Assembly: GCA_963832345.1 (NCBI GenBank)
Contig: CAWHTW010000005.1
Coordinates: forward strand, 148,512 to 212,511
DNA length: 64,000 nt
Origin: an uncultured Flavobacteriaceae bacterium
GTDB taxonomy: Bacteria > Bacteroidota > Bacteroidia > Flavobacteriales > Flavobacteriaceae
Direction of reading: 5' to 3'
The notes under the pieces were generated by a model. It did no database searches, was not told the DNA's origin, and saw only the letters and a program-made list of their open reading frames with translations. Each line of letters starts with the position of its first letter. The stretch's first letter is position 1. Both the position numbers and the translations under genes were made by a program. Shown one piece after another: positions 37,966-46,334 of this stretch.

Positions 37966-39222
37966 ATGAAAAAACTATACACACCGACCAAAGTCGCCAT
38001 GGGCATCCTGGCCTTGATTTCCGTCATTGTCCTAGCATGTAGTAAGGATTTCGAGGACGTAATCCTGGATGATTTCGATTTTAGCTTTTCGGGGGAACAT
38101 CCCGATGAAGGCTATGTATTCGAAAAGGCCAGAACGACGTTCTCGTTGGTACCGGAAAAAGAAATTACTACCGTGGATTATTTCATGCGGTTCTCCTCAG
38201 ACAATGGCAAAGGCTATTTTCTGTCCATGGAAGGCGATACGATCCGTGAAAGGGATACCCTGAACATAACCGATCGGAATTGGGCCTATAACTATGTGGC
38301 CATCGATACCGGTGCGCACAAGATCAGGTTCACGGCCTGGGATTCCCATGCCCGGACAAAGGAACTGGAATTGCTGTACAACGCCAAATACGCCAGTTTC
38401 AGTTTTTTGCTCAACAAAGGGACCGACGAGTTTATCATCAATTCCAATAATCCCGTAAACATTACCCTGTTGCGCGACAAGGAAACCGAAGACCCCAACA
38501 ATAATGGGGATTTCGAGGTCAGCTATCAGATCGACAACGGAACGGGCCAACTCTATTTGGGGAACCAAGTTTTTGATGCCGGAAAACCCTTCGTTTTACA
38601 AAAAGGGATTTCCGAAATGGAATATCTTCCGGAAAATCTGGGTGAGCATAAACTCACCGTTACCGTCAAGGCTCCCGACGGTGCCACCTTGACCAAAGAA
38701 CTGCTCCTTGACGTGCTGAACCTTGATTTTAGCATCAATGCGACGGTGGCATCGACCAAGGTGGAACTGGATACCAATTTGGCGATTGCCATCGACCTTA
38801 ATACGAAGGGCGAACAATCCGACGTCACTTATGAAATCTCGCATGCTTTCGCTTCCAATAGCGAGGGAGGCGGGACGGTCAGGGACCATAACGGCGGGGT
38901 AATGGAACCTGGCCAGTACAGGAATATTGTTCCCGATTCCTACAACTATACCTTTACCAGCACCGAACTGGGAAAACGGAAAATATACTTTGACCTACGC
39001 GATTCTAACGGACAGGTAAAAAGGGACAGCGTCGAGGTCGAGGTGGCCAATATCCCCTTCGTTTTTTCCGGCAATTCAGAAAGCAATTCGGTATTCGAGG
39101 CCGAGCGCCTCACCCACTTAATGCAAGTAAACTTAGCAGAATTGATGGTTGCCTTGCAAGAAAGTGAGGCAAAAGGCCCTCGAAATCTATTCTGGAAAGT
39201 GATCAAACACCAGAAGATGTAA
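37966..39222 (+). CDS. Lipoprotein in the TraQ position, of unknown function. It is the last gene of the tra operon
   Basis: Lipobox ILALISVIVLACSKD. 418 aa. No motif I can assign. The start is set at the internal MKKLYT. Confidence 0.55.
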   Translation: MKKLYTPTKVAMGILALISVIVLACSKDFEDVILDDFDFSFSGEHPDEGYVFEKARTTFSLVPEKEITTVDYFMRFSSDNGKGYFLSMEGDTIRERDTLNITDRNWAYNYVAIDTGAHKIRFTAWDSHARTKELELLYNAKYASFSFLLNKGTDEFIINSNNPVNITLLRDKETEDPNNNGDFEVSYQIDNGTGQLYLGNQVFDAGKPFVLQKGISEMEYLPENLGEHKLTVTVKAPDGATLTKELLLDVLNLDFSINATVASTKVELDTNLAIAIDLNTKGEQSDVTYEISHAFASNSEGGGTVRDHNGGVMEPGQYRNIVPDSYNYTFTSTELGKRKIYFDLRDSNGQVKRDSVEVEVANIPFVFSGNSESNSVFEAERLTHLMQVNLAELMVALQESEAKGPRNLFWKVIKHQKM

Positions 39223-39285
39223 AAGTTACGCTCAGAGCGAGCATGGAAAAAATTATTTAGACCAAAGACTCAAAAAACAATAGAT

Positions 39286-40256
39286 ATGAAAAAGGTAATT
39301 GATAACACTGATAATGATTTTCGCGTTTTTAGGGTGAATGGCTCAAAAATTAATATAGACCCAAATGTAAAAGTTAAAGTCACTCCAGATCTTAAAATGA
39401 CCATGGGGCCTACTTCGAAATAGACTTAGGTGCACATATAGAGCAAGCCATGAACAGTGTTGACGGTATGTTCGGAATGGGTTTTGGGAAATTCAGGGGA
39501 CAGATGGAAAGAAAAGTACCAACAGGACACCGAGGAAATTGAAATTCCGCTAAGCAAGCCCGGCGAAAAAGGGAAACTAGAAATTGAATCGAATAATGGT
39601 AAGGTTAAAGTGTCAGCTTACAATGGCCCTACTGTTAAGGTTAAAATGATTAAGTACAGCAAAAAAGTGGAACGTGAATCAGGTAAAGATGGAATGCGTT
39701 TATTGAGTAGTGGCGGTTTTAATGTGTAAGCGAAGAGTCAACAACATTGTAAAAGTTGAGCCCGATGGCTGGAATAGCCGAGTTGACTTTGAAATTCAGG
39801 TACCTACGAACTTAGCCATGAATGTGGAAACTTATAACAATGGAGCAATTGAAATTGACGGAGTGAATGGAGAGCACAGTATAGAAAGTTACAATGGATC
39901 AATTGCACTCAACAATATCAGCGGTTCTGCCAGTGCAAGCACCTACAATGGTGAGGTTAAGGCTAGCTTTAAAAGTGTTACGGCTAATGCCCCAATGATC
40001 TTTCAGTACCTATAATGGTAATGTAGACTTGACTGTTCCAGCAGGCACTAAGTTTTCAGCAAAAATGAAAACTGGTCGAGACATCTTTACTGACTTCGAA
40101 AATTTTGCGCTGCAAAAGTCAACTCCTAAAAAGAGCAAAGAAGGCAACGGTTATAAGGTAAAGTATGAAGACTGGGTGCAAGGAAAGCTCAATGGCGGTG
40201 GAGCCGAAGTAATGATGGAAACGCGAAATGGCAACATTTACATTCGAAAAGGATAA
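39286..40256 (+). pseudogene. DUF4097-like (putative adhesin / YvlB-like beta-helix repeat) gene, broken by multiple frameshifts
   Basis: My translations show the coding sense hopping between frames about four times across this span. Frame 1 carries MKKVID...MTMGPTSK* (39286-39423) and the 39457 ORF. A frame-2 stretch DLGAHIEQAMNSVDGMFGMGFGKF bridges them. The 39710 ORF is in frame 2 again and the 40029 ORF in frame 0 (...MIFQYL* then STYNGNVDLTVPAGTKF). The repeated NG-x-V/I-x-V units are typical of DUF4097. Confidence 0.6.
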
Positions 40257-40276
40257 GTCAATTATTAGTAATTTTG

Positions 40277-40312
40277 ATCCTGTGAGTGTAAGTTCACAGG
40301 ATTTTTTTATTT
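40277..40312 (+). terminator. Rho-independent terminator
   Basis: ATCCTGTGA-gtgtaagt-TCACAGGAT followed by TTTTTTTATTTTT. Confidence 0.6.
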
Positions 40313-40397
40313 TTACGTACCTCAATAAATCGAAGTACCGTCATATTTCTCTTTTCCGAGAAGAAATATATTTTCACCAAAATAAATTTATGTACTG

Positions 40398-40877
40398 ATG
40401 AAACGTCCTTTAAGAATTTTTTTGATGTCCTTTTTATGTGCCATAAGTCTTGCTATAGGAGCTTATGCCCAAAACGCTACGGCCACTGTTAATCAATTAG
40501 TGAGTAAGTATGGCAGTATTCCCAATTACCGATTGAATATTACTTATGAGGCCAATAATGCCGACATGGGCTTTAACAATATTCAGGAAGGCGTATTGAT
40601 TGTTAAGGGAAATCAATATATCCTTAAATATGGGCCAAACGAAACATGGTTAAATAACGGTGAATACGAATCTGTAGGAACGAAGGAGGAAGATCATTCT
40701 CAAATCATGTATTTCTGCTTGGGCAGAAACACCGAGGCTATAATAGATTACGGTAGCATTTTAAGCTTTTATGGTGCAGGCCATACAGCAACCATGGCTG
40801 GCGATATGATCAGGCTTGTACCAATAAGCGAGCAACCATATACAGAGTTGCACTTAAAGTTGAGGGTGGTGAGCTGA
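40398..40877 (+). CDS. LolA-like outer-membrane lipoprotein carrier/sorting protein. The C-terminal ~48 residues continue in another frame to 41020
   Basis: Signal peptide MKRPLRIFLMSFLCAISLAIGAYAQ and a LolA-like beta-sheet pattern. After the stop at 40877 the adjacent frame reads ...KVEGGELKMIKAVDKLGTEHIYTLSGYSTSIPDTKFTINRWEYAELID. Confidence 0.5.
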   Translation: MKRPLRIFLMSFLCAISLAIGAYAQNATATVNQLVSKYGSIPNYRLNITYEANNADMGFNNIQEGVLIVKGNQYILKYGPNETWLNNGEYESVGTKEEDHSQIMYFCLGRNTEAIIDYGSILSFYGAGHTATMAGDMIRLVPISEQPYTELHLKLRVVS

Positions 40878-41045
40878 AGATGATTAAGGCAGTAGATAAA
40901 TTAGGAACAGAGCATATCTACACCCTTTCTGGCTATAGCACGAGCATTCCTGATACAAAATTCACAATTAACCGTTGGGAATATGCTGAGTTGATTGACG
41001 AGCGCAGCAAATGCAAATAAGGACTGAAGATCTAAAAATGAACTA

Positions 41046-41075
41046 AAAGACCGATTTATTTCGGTCTTTTTTTGT
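41046..41075. terminator. Bidirectional terminator between convergent genes
   Basis: AAAGACCGA-tttatt-TCGGTCTTT flanked by A-run and T-run. Confidence 0.55.
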
Positions 41076-41150
41076 TTACGGCCAGTTCGAAAACATCGTG
41101 GCGTTGATAATGCCCCGTAACATCCAAGTCCAAGTTTCTCCTCATAACAT

Positions 41151-41998
41151 TTACTCAAATCTAACCTCTGCGGTAAAGACACCTTCTACATCCCACTGTG
41201 GCGCTAAGATTGTTTCGCCACTCGGGCCGAAAATACAGCTACCTCCATTTAAAATCATGTGTTCGGGTTTTCCTTCAAACTCTTGGGGAAGTTTAAACTC
41301 AGCAGGAATATCTTTGACTCTCATGATTTGGCCAACACCTACAGCGAAACAACGTCCTTCAAAAGCATATGAACGTGTAGCCACTTGTAGCATTTCATGT
41401 ACTTTAGGCCAAACGGCTACATGAATATGTTCGCCAGAATTGTGCATGGTTTGGCGTGTTAGCGGCATCCAATGTTCCCAACAAATCAATCCACCAATTC
41501 GGCCAAATGGAGTGTCAACCGCCTGTAAGCCAGCACCATCTCCTTGTCCGTAGAGTAACCTTTCCGTATGGGTTGGCATTAGTTTGCGGTGATGATTCGC
41601 CAATTCTCCTTTTTCATTCCAAGTAAGCAAGACTATTGTAAATGGTGCCATTGCCAATACCAGAAGCCAACTTTTTCGTTAATACCCATCACCACTACCA
41701 CGCCCAACTCTTTAGCCCATTTGCCAATTTGTTTTACTTCTGGGCCGTTAACATCTAAGCTGTGCTCATGTGTTCTGGCAAAAACGGTTTTGGTGGCTGG
41801 AAAATCCCATCGAGCATACTCATCACAGTAATCAATCCAGGCAGGATAACCAGTAAACCAAGTTTCTCCAAAAGTGACGAGTTGAGCACCTTTAGCAGCG
41901 GCTTCTCGTAGGAGTGCTTCCACCTTCTGCATTGACTTTCCAACATTCAAGTACTCTGGTGCAGACTGTACAACTCCGATGGTTACTTTCTTATTCAT
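41151..41998 (-). pseudogene. Nitrilase / carbon-nitrogen hydrolase family gene split into two ORFs by a frameshift near 41640
   Basis: The 41633-41998 ORF carries the N-terminal GETWFTGYP Glu motif. The 41151-41657 ORF carries HRKLMPT (Lys) and GGLICWEHWMP (Cys). The two overlap by 25 bp in different frames. Confidence 0.65.
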
Positions 41999-42109
41999 GC
42001 TGCCATATTACATAATTGAAGAGTAAAATGTAAGGGTGGATCATGAGAAAGGAAAAGTTTACTATTAAATTTCAGTCATCGGCGTCATTACGCTAGTAGC
42101 CAATGCTAA

Positions 42110-42342
42110 CAATCTCTCGGCACAGCCGAGCGACTGTAAGGCAGTGGTTATGTTCAGAACAGAAGACGCTCGCTTGCGCGAGTGACCAATAGCTTTTAAA
42201 GCCTTGGTTGGAGCTTAGATCAACTAAATAGTTGGCAAAACCATAGTTAATCACTCGGCACAGCCGAGCGATTGTTCAGGTGGCCATGTTCAGAACAGCA
42301 GTCGCTCGCTTGCAGCGAGTGACCAATAGCTTTTAAAGCTCG
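42110..42342. repeat. REP-like repeat cluster. Two ~90-bp copies plus similar spacers, upstream of the RAYT
   Basis: Each copy contains TCACTCGGCACAGCCGAGCGATTG (palindrome CTCGGC-aca-GCCGAG) and CAGCAGTCGCTCGCTTGCAGCGAGTGAC (a second imperfect palindrome), followed by ...TAGCTTTTAAAGC. Confidence 0.7.
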
Positions 42343-42379
42343 ACTTTATTATATTCAAAGAATTAGTTTAACCAAATCC

Positions 42380-42912
42380 ATGTCAGAGTTAAGAAAAGCC
42401 AATACTGATCTACCCTACTTTATTACACTAACCGTAGTAGATTGGATTGACATATTCACTAGACAGGTTTACTGCGATAAGGTGATCGAGAGCCTAATTT
42501 TTGTGTTGAGAACAAGGGCTTGATCGTTTTTGAGTATGTCATTATGCCGAGTCATATTCATATGATTGCGCAATCTTTAGATGGAAATTTGAATTTCATA
42601 TTGCGTGATTTTAAGAGCTTTACTGCAAAACAAATCATAAAGGAAATAGCAGATAACCACCAATATGAGAGTCGCTCCAAATGGCTTTTGCATATGTTTG
42701 AGTTCAATGCGAAATACTACCGTCAGAATTCAAAATATATGTTTTGGCAAAAAACGAATCACCCCATTGAGCTTAATTCTGCTAATATTCAATATCAGAA
42801 AACGGAATACATTAGAAATAATCCTGTTGAAGCTGGACTGGTGACTGATGGAGAGTTTTGGCAGTATTCAAGTGCAAACCCCAATTCACCACTCAAAACA
42901 AGTAGAATGTAA
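42380..42912 (+). pseudogene. REP-associated tyrosine transposase (RAYT / IS200-like Y1 transposase), frameshifted near 42500
   Basis: The N-terminal frame reads MSELRKANTDLPYFITLTVVDWIDIFTRQVYCDKVIESLIFV...*. The downstream frame reads ...ENKGLIVFEYVIMPSHIHMIA (HuH motif HIHM) and contains a candidate catalytic Tyr. Combined length is about 177 aa, typical for RAYT. Confidence 0.65.
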
Positions 42913-42940
42913 AGTTGGCAAGATGCCAAAATGCTAGTTG

Positions 42941-43190
42941 TCACTCGGCACAACCGAGCGATTGTGGCAGTAGTCATGTTCAGAACAGCAGTCGCTCGCT
43001 TGCAGCGAGTGACGAGTAGCTCTTAAAGGCTTCTTGGGGCTTAGATTACTACATGGTTGGCAAAATGCTAATAACACTATCTTATCACTCGGCACAGCCG
43101 AGCGATTGTGACAGTAATTATGCTCAGAATAGCAGTCGCTCGCTTGCAGCGAGTGACGGGTAGCTCGGCACAGCCGAGCGATTGTTCAGC
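42941..43190. repeat. REP-like repeat cluster. Two full copies and one partial copy, downstream of the RAYT
   Basis: The same two-palindrome unit as at 42110-42342. The inter-copy spacer also resembles the upstream spacer (GGGCTTAGATTACTACATGGTTGGCAAAATGC vs GGAGCTTAGATCAACTAAATAGTTGGCAAAACC). Confidence 0.7.
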
Positions 43191-43193
43191 AAC

Positions 43194-43220
43194 AAAAAAA
43201 GTCAAGCCTTTCGACTTGAC
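43194..43220 (-). terminator. Rho-independent terminator of the flotillin operon
   Basis: On the minus strand: GTCAAG-tcgaaagg-CTTGAC followed by TTTTTTT. Confidence 0.55.
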
Positions 43221-43222
43221 TT

Positions 43223-44665
43223 TTAAAGTTTTAAGTTGATAAGGTTTAGGACTATCCCTCTCCTCTTTCTCTTTACTTCTTCTGCCATTTGCTGGATTTC
43301 CTCAGCAGACTTTCCTTTCAAATAGTCTGGCAATTGCATCCCTGCCATGTTGAACATGTCTTGCAATGGAGGAACTGATTTATAAAGTCCAGAAATAAAG
43401 TTGGCGGTTGAATTTTTACCATCCGTAGTGTTGCCACCTTCCCAAACAGTAACCTTATCAATCTTAATATTCTTAATCGCTTCAGTTTGTAATCTTACCA
43501 ATTCAGGCAATTTATCTGCAATAAGTAGAAGTACAGCATCTCTAGAGTTTTCACCAGCGGCTTTTACAATTTGTTCTAAACCTTGTGCTTGTTTGGTGAG
43601 TACTTCGTAAATACCTTTTGCTTCAGCTTCTTTCATATAAAGAATAGCATCAGCTTCACCCCTAGCTTTTCTTCTAATCATTTCTGCTTCAGCTTCAGCT
43701 GCAATTTCAACACGCTGCTTATCAATTTGAGCAGGGATTACAACATCAGCCGTTTGGCTCGATTTGTCTCTTTCTGCCCTTGCGTTTTCTGCTTGTTGTT
43801 CGGCAGCGTAGGCTTCTTCTAATGCTCTTGCCGACTGTACTTTTTCAGCTGCTGTTGCGATTTTTCTCGCCTCCGCTTCTTTTTCCAAACGAAGGGCATC
43901 TGACTGTGCTACCTTGATCTTCGCTAAGTTTTCACCCTCTACAGCACTTGCTCCAGCAGCTGCTACTTGTGTACGTTGGTCTTGGTGCGCGTTGGCCTGT
44001 CCAATTAAACCATCACGGTCTTTTTCAGCTACGCTTTTAATGGCATCATTAATGGCTTTTGCGGCCGCTTCCTTACCTAATGCCTCAATATAGCCGGACT
44101 CATCCTTGATATCGGTTACGTTTACGTTGATGAGCTTTAGACCAATTTTCTTCAATTCTTGCTCAACATTGGATGCCACATTGGCTAAGAATTTATCTCT
44201 GTTAGAGTTTATTTCTTCGATGTCCATAGTAGCTACTACCAAACGCAACTGACCGAAAATAATGTCTTTCGCTAAGTCATGAATATTTTGCTGAGAAAGG
44301 CCTAAAAGTCTTTCGGCAGCATTGGTCATTACGCCTTCTTCAGTAGAAATACCAACGGTAAACCTTGAAGGCACATCTACACGAATATTTTGTCTACTTA
44401 GTGCATTGGTTAAATTCACCTCAATCGAAATTGGGGTGAGGTCAAGAAAGGCATAATCTTGGATTACTGGCCAAATAAAAGCCGCGCCCCCATGAATACA
44501 TTTGGCCGACCGACCGGTATCGGAGCCTGCATTGTTACCCACTTTGCCGTAAACGACAAGAATTCGATCTGAAGGACAACGCTTGTACCTTCTGAAGATG
44601 CCTATAAGCATCACAAAGATGAAGACGACCGCAACGGCAATAATTATGATAAAAGTTTCGCTCAT
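43223..44665 (-). CDS. Flotillin-like SPFH/band-7 protein (YqiK/FloT-type)
   Basis: N-terminal TM helix, SPFH domain, and a long Ala/Glu-rich coiled-coil (EAEARKIATAAEKV...). 480 aa. Confidence 0.85.
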   Translation of the reverse strand: MSETFIIIIAVAVVFIFVMLIGIFRRYKRCPSDRILVVYGKVGNNAGSDTGRSAKCIHGGAAFIWPVIQDYAFLDLTPISIEVNLTNALSRQNIRVDVPSRFTVGISTEEGVMTNAAERLLGLSQQNIHDLAKDIIFGQLRLVVATMDIEEINSNRDKFLANVASNVEQELKKIGLKLINVNVTDIKDESGYIEALGKEAAAKAINDAIKSVAEKDRDGLIGQANAHQDQRTQVAAAGASAVEGENLAKIKVAQSDALRLEKEAEARKIATAAEKVQSARALEEAYAAEQQAENARAERDKSSQTADVVIPAQIDKQRVEIAAEAEAEMIRRKARGEADAILYMKEAEAKGIYEVLTKQAQGLEQIVKAAGENSRDAVLLLIADKLPELVRLQTEAIKNIKIDKVTVWEGGNTTDGKNSTANFISGLYKSVPPLQDMFNMAGMQLPDYLKGKSAEEIQQMAEEVKRKRRGIVLNLINLKL

Positions 44666-44675
44666 ATTGATTAGG

Positions 44676-45257
44676 TTAATTTTTAGACACTAAAAGTATG
44701 TTATTGTTGATGACGTCTTTCACATTGACAACCGAGCCCATCGGGATGTCTATTTCGTCATCAGTTATGGCTTCCAGTTCTCTTAAAGAGCCCTGCACCT
44801 TAATCAATACCCTACCCACATTTCCCCTTTCGGCAGAAATGCGCATGTACACCTCACCAACTCCGCCTTTTGCATTGTTGATATTCATTGTACCGCTATC
44901 GGTAAGTTTACTAAAAAAGTAAAAAAGCGAGGCCATTATGCTCATCATAACAAGGCCCGAGATTGTAGCAATAATCAGTGTGGTTAAACCACTATATCCA
45001 GAGTCTATTGAGGCAATTCCTGCCCAAGAAAAAATGGTAAAAAAGCCAATAAAATTTTTGAGGGTGAAAAATTGAAAACCCGCCCCGCCATCGTTATCTA
45101 CGTCAAAATCGGCATCTCCATCTACTTCCATCTCACCACCAATAAAGGTCATGATCATTTGAATAATGAAAATGATCGAAAATGGAATGGCCAGCCCCCA
45201 GTAGATTTTGTGGGTTGTTTCTAGGGCATCCCACCATTCTGAAAAGTTAAAAGACAT
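44676..45257 (-). CDS. NfeD-like membrane protein (YqiJ-type partner of the flotillin)
   Basis: Multiple TM helices plus a C-terminal OB-fold-like soluble domain. It lies immediately upstream of the flotillin. Confidence 0.65.
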   Translation of the reverse strand: MSFNFSEWWDALETTHKIYWGLAIPFSIIFIIQMIMTFIGGEMEVDGDADFDVDNDGGAGFQFFTLKNFIGFFTIFSWAGIASIDSGYSGLTTLIIATISGLVMMSIMASLFYFFSKLTDSGTMNINNAKGGVGEVYMRISAERGNVGRVLIKVQGSLRELEAITDDEIDIPMGSVVNVKDVINNNILLVSKN

Positions 45258-45409
45258 AGCTATAAAATTAGATGTCTTAAAGTATCGAATTATAATAAGC
45301 CACAGCTCACTAATTGTCGAGGAGGGTTAAACCTTAGGTTGAAAGGTTACGGGGGCGGACGGTGTGGCTGAGGACAGACACCAAACAGTTCAACAAGTAA
45401 TATTAACCC

Positions 45410-46177
45410 TTATTTAAAACTGAAGTTGACGTCTTCGTTGATGATTTCAGAAAGGACTTCAAGTGCTCCGTTGTTATAAAGTTCAGCAATGTCCATTATG
45501 TCCATGCTTTCATTTTCCGGCTTCATATTAATGTAGTCTTGAATGAGCACACCTTCAACTCTACGTGCGTTTATGGCCTCTCGAAAGCGCATTCCTCCCT
45601 CATCAGTATGGTATAAATAGGCTAAGTAATCCATACTGTAGTCTTCTTTGTCAAACCAATACAGAAAAACATCATCGAAATCTTCCCCACCACCTTCTTT
45701 CGCGAAAGTTACCTTCACTTCATAGTAGGTTTTACCTTTGATTTCTGTTTCGCCAATGTAGGTTTTATTGACCGCGGCATCGTTTAAGCCAAAAGGAAGT
45801 CTGAAAAAGTAGATGACTGAATTGACCGACCTAGTGTAGGCCGCTCTTTTTTCTTCTGTCATGGAAGTAGAGTCTCCATCGGTCAAACGAATCAAACCCT
45901 CATTGTCCATGCGATCAAATACGATTTGCCCGATACTGTCCGTTTGGGTACGTGTATAAACATAAGCACCATTGTTGTTCTCGTAGGTATAATCAATATT
46001 GCGGAAGCTCAGCGAAAAAGTGGCATTATTGAGCCCTTCCATCCCGTGAAAAGCAATTGACTCGTCTACAATCTCTTGCACTTTACTTTTCTGTTCAACT
46101 GTCTCCTTTTTCTCTGAGGATGAACAAGCACTGATTATAACAAGTAAAAAAAATAAGGCAGATGTGTTGTAGTTCAT
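45410..46177 (-). CDS. Hypothetical lipoprotein
   Basis: Lipobox LLVIISACSSSEKK. 255 aa. No assignable motif. Confidence 0.55.
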   Translation of the reverse strand: MNYNTSALFFLLVIISACSSSEKKETVEQKSKVQEIVDESIAFHGMEGLNNATFSLSFRNIDYTYENNNGAYVYTRTQTDSIGQIVFDRMDNEGLIRLTDGDSTSMTEEKRAAYTRSVNSVIYFFRLPFGLNDAAVNKTYIGETEIKGKTYYEVKVTFAKEGGGEDFDDVFLYWFDKEDYSMDYLAYLYHTDEGGMRFREAINARRVEGVLIQDYINMKPENESMDIMDIAELYNNGALEVLSEIINEDVNFSFK

Positions 46178-46334
46178 TTTTATCAGATTTGAAATAGGAG
46201 CTTACGGCTAAGATAAAACAAAGTTAGTGATATAGCCTCCTATTCAATAGTTATGCAAGATAACCGACATTGTTAGAAACAATGTCGTCTCTAAAAGCCA
46301 TCAACCTGAACTATTAGAGACGACTAATCAACAT

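Noticed and set aside
39240-40260. Reading 39286-39423, 39457-39729, 39710-40015 and 40029-40256 as four independent small genes
   Set aside because: They share the DUF4097-like repeat pattern. They join end to end in different frames. They have no independent start contexts. A single broken gene is more parsimonious
42110-43190. Regularly repeated palindromic units that could be mistaken for a CRISPR array
   Set aside because: The repeats are ~90 bp, longer than CRISPR repeats. They are irregularly spaced. The spacers between them are themselves similar to one another. The clusters flank a Y1-transposase (RAYT) gene and no cas genes are nearby. A REP/BIME interpretation fits better
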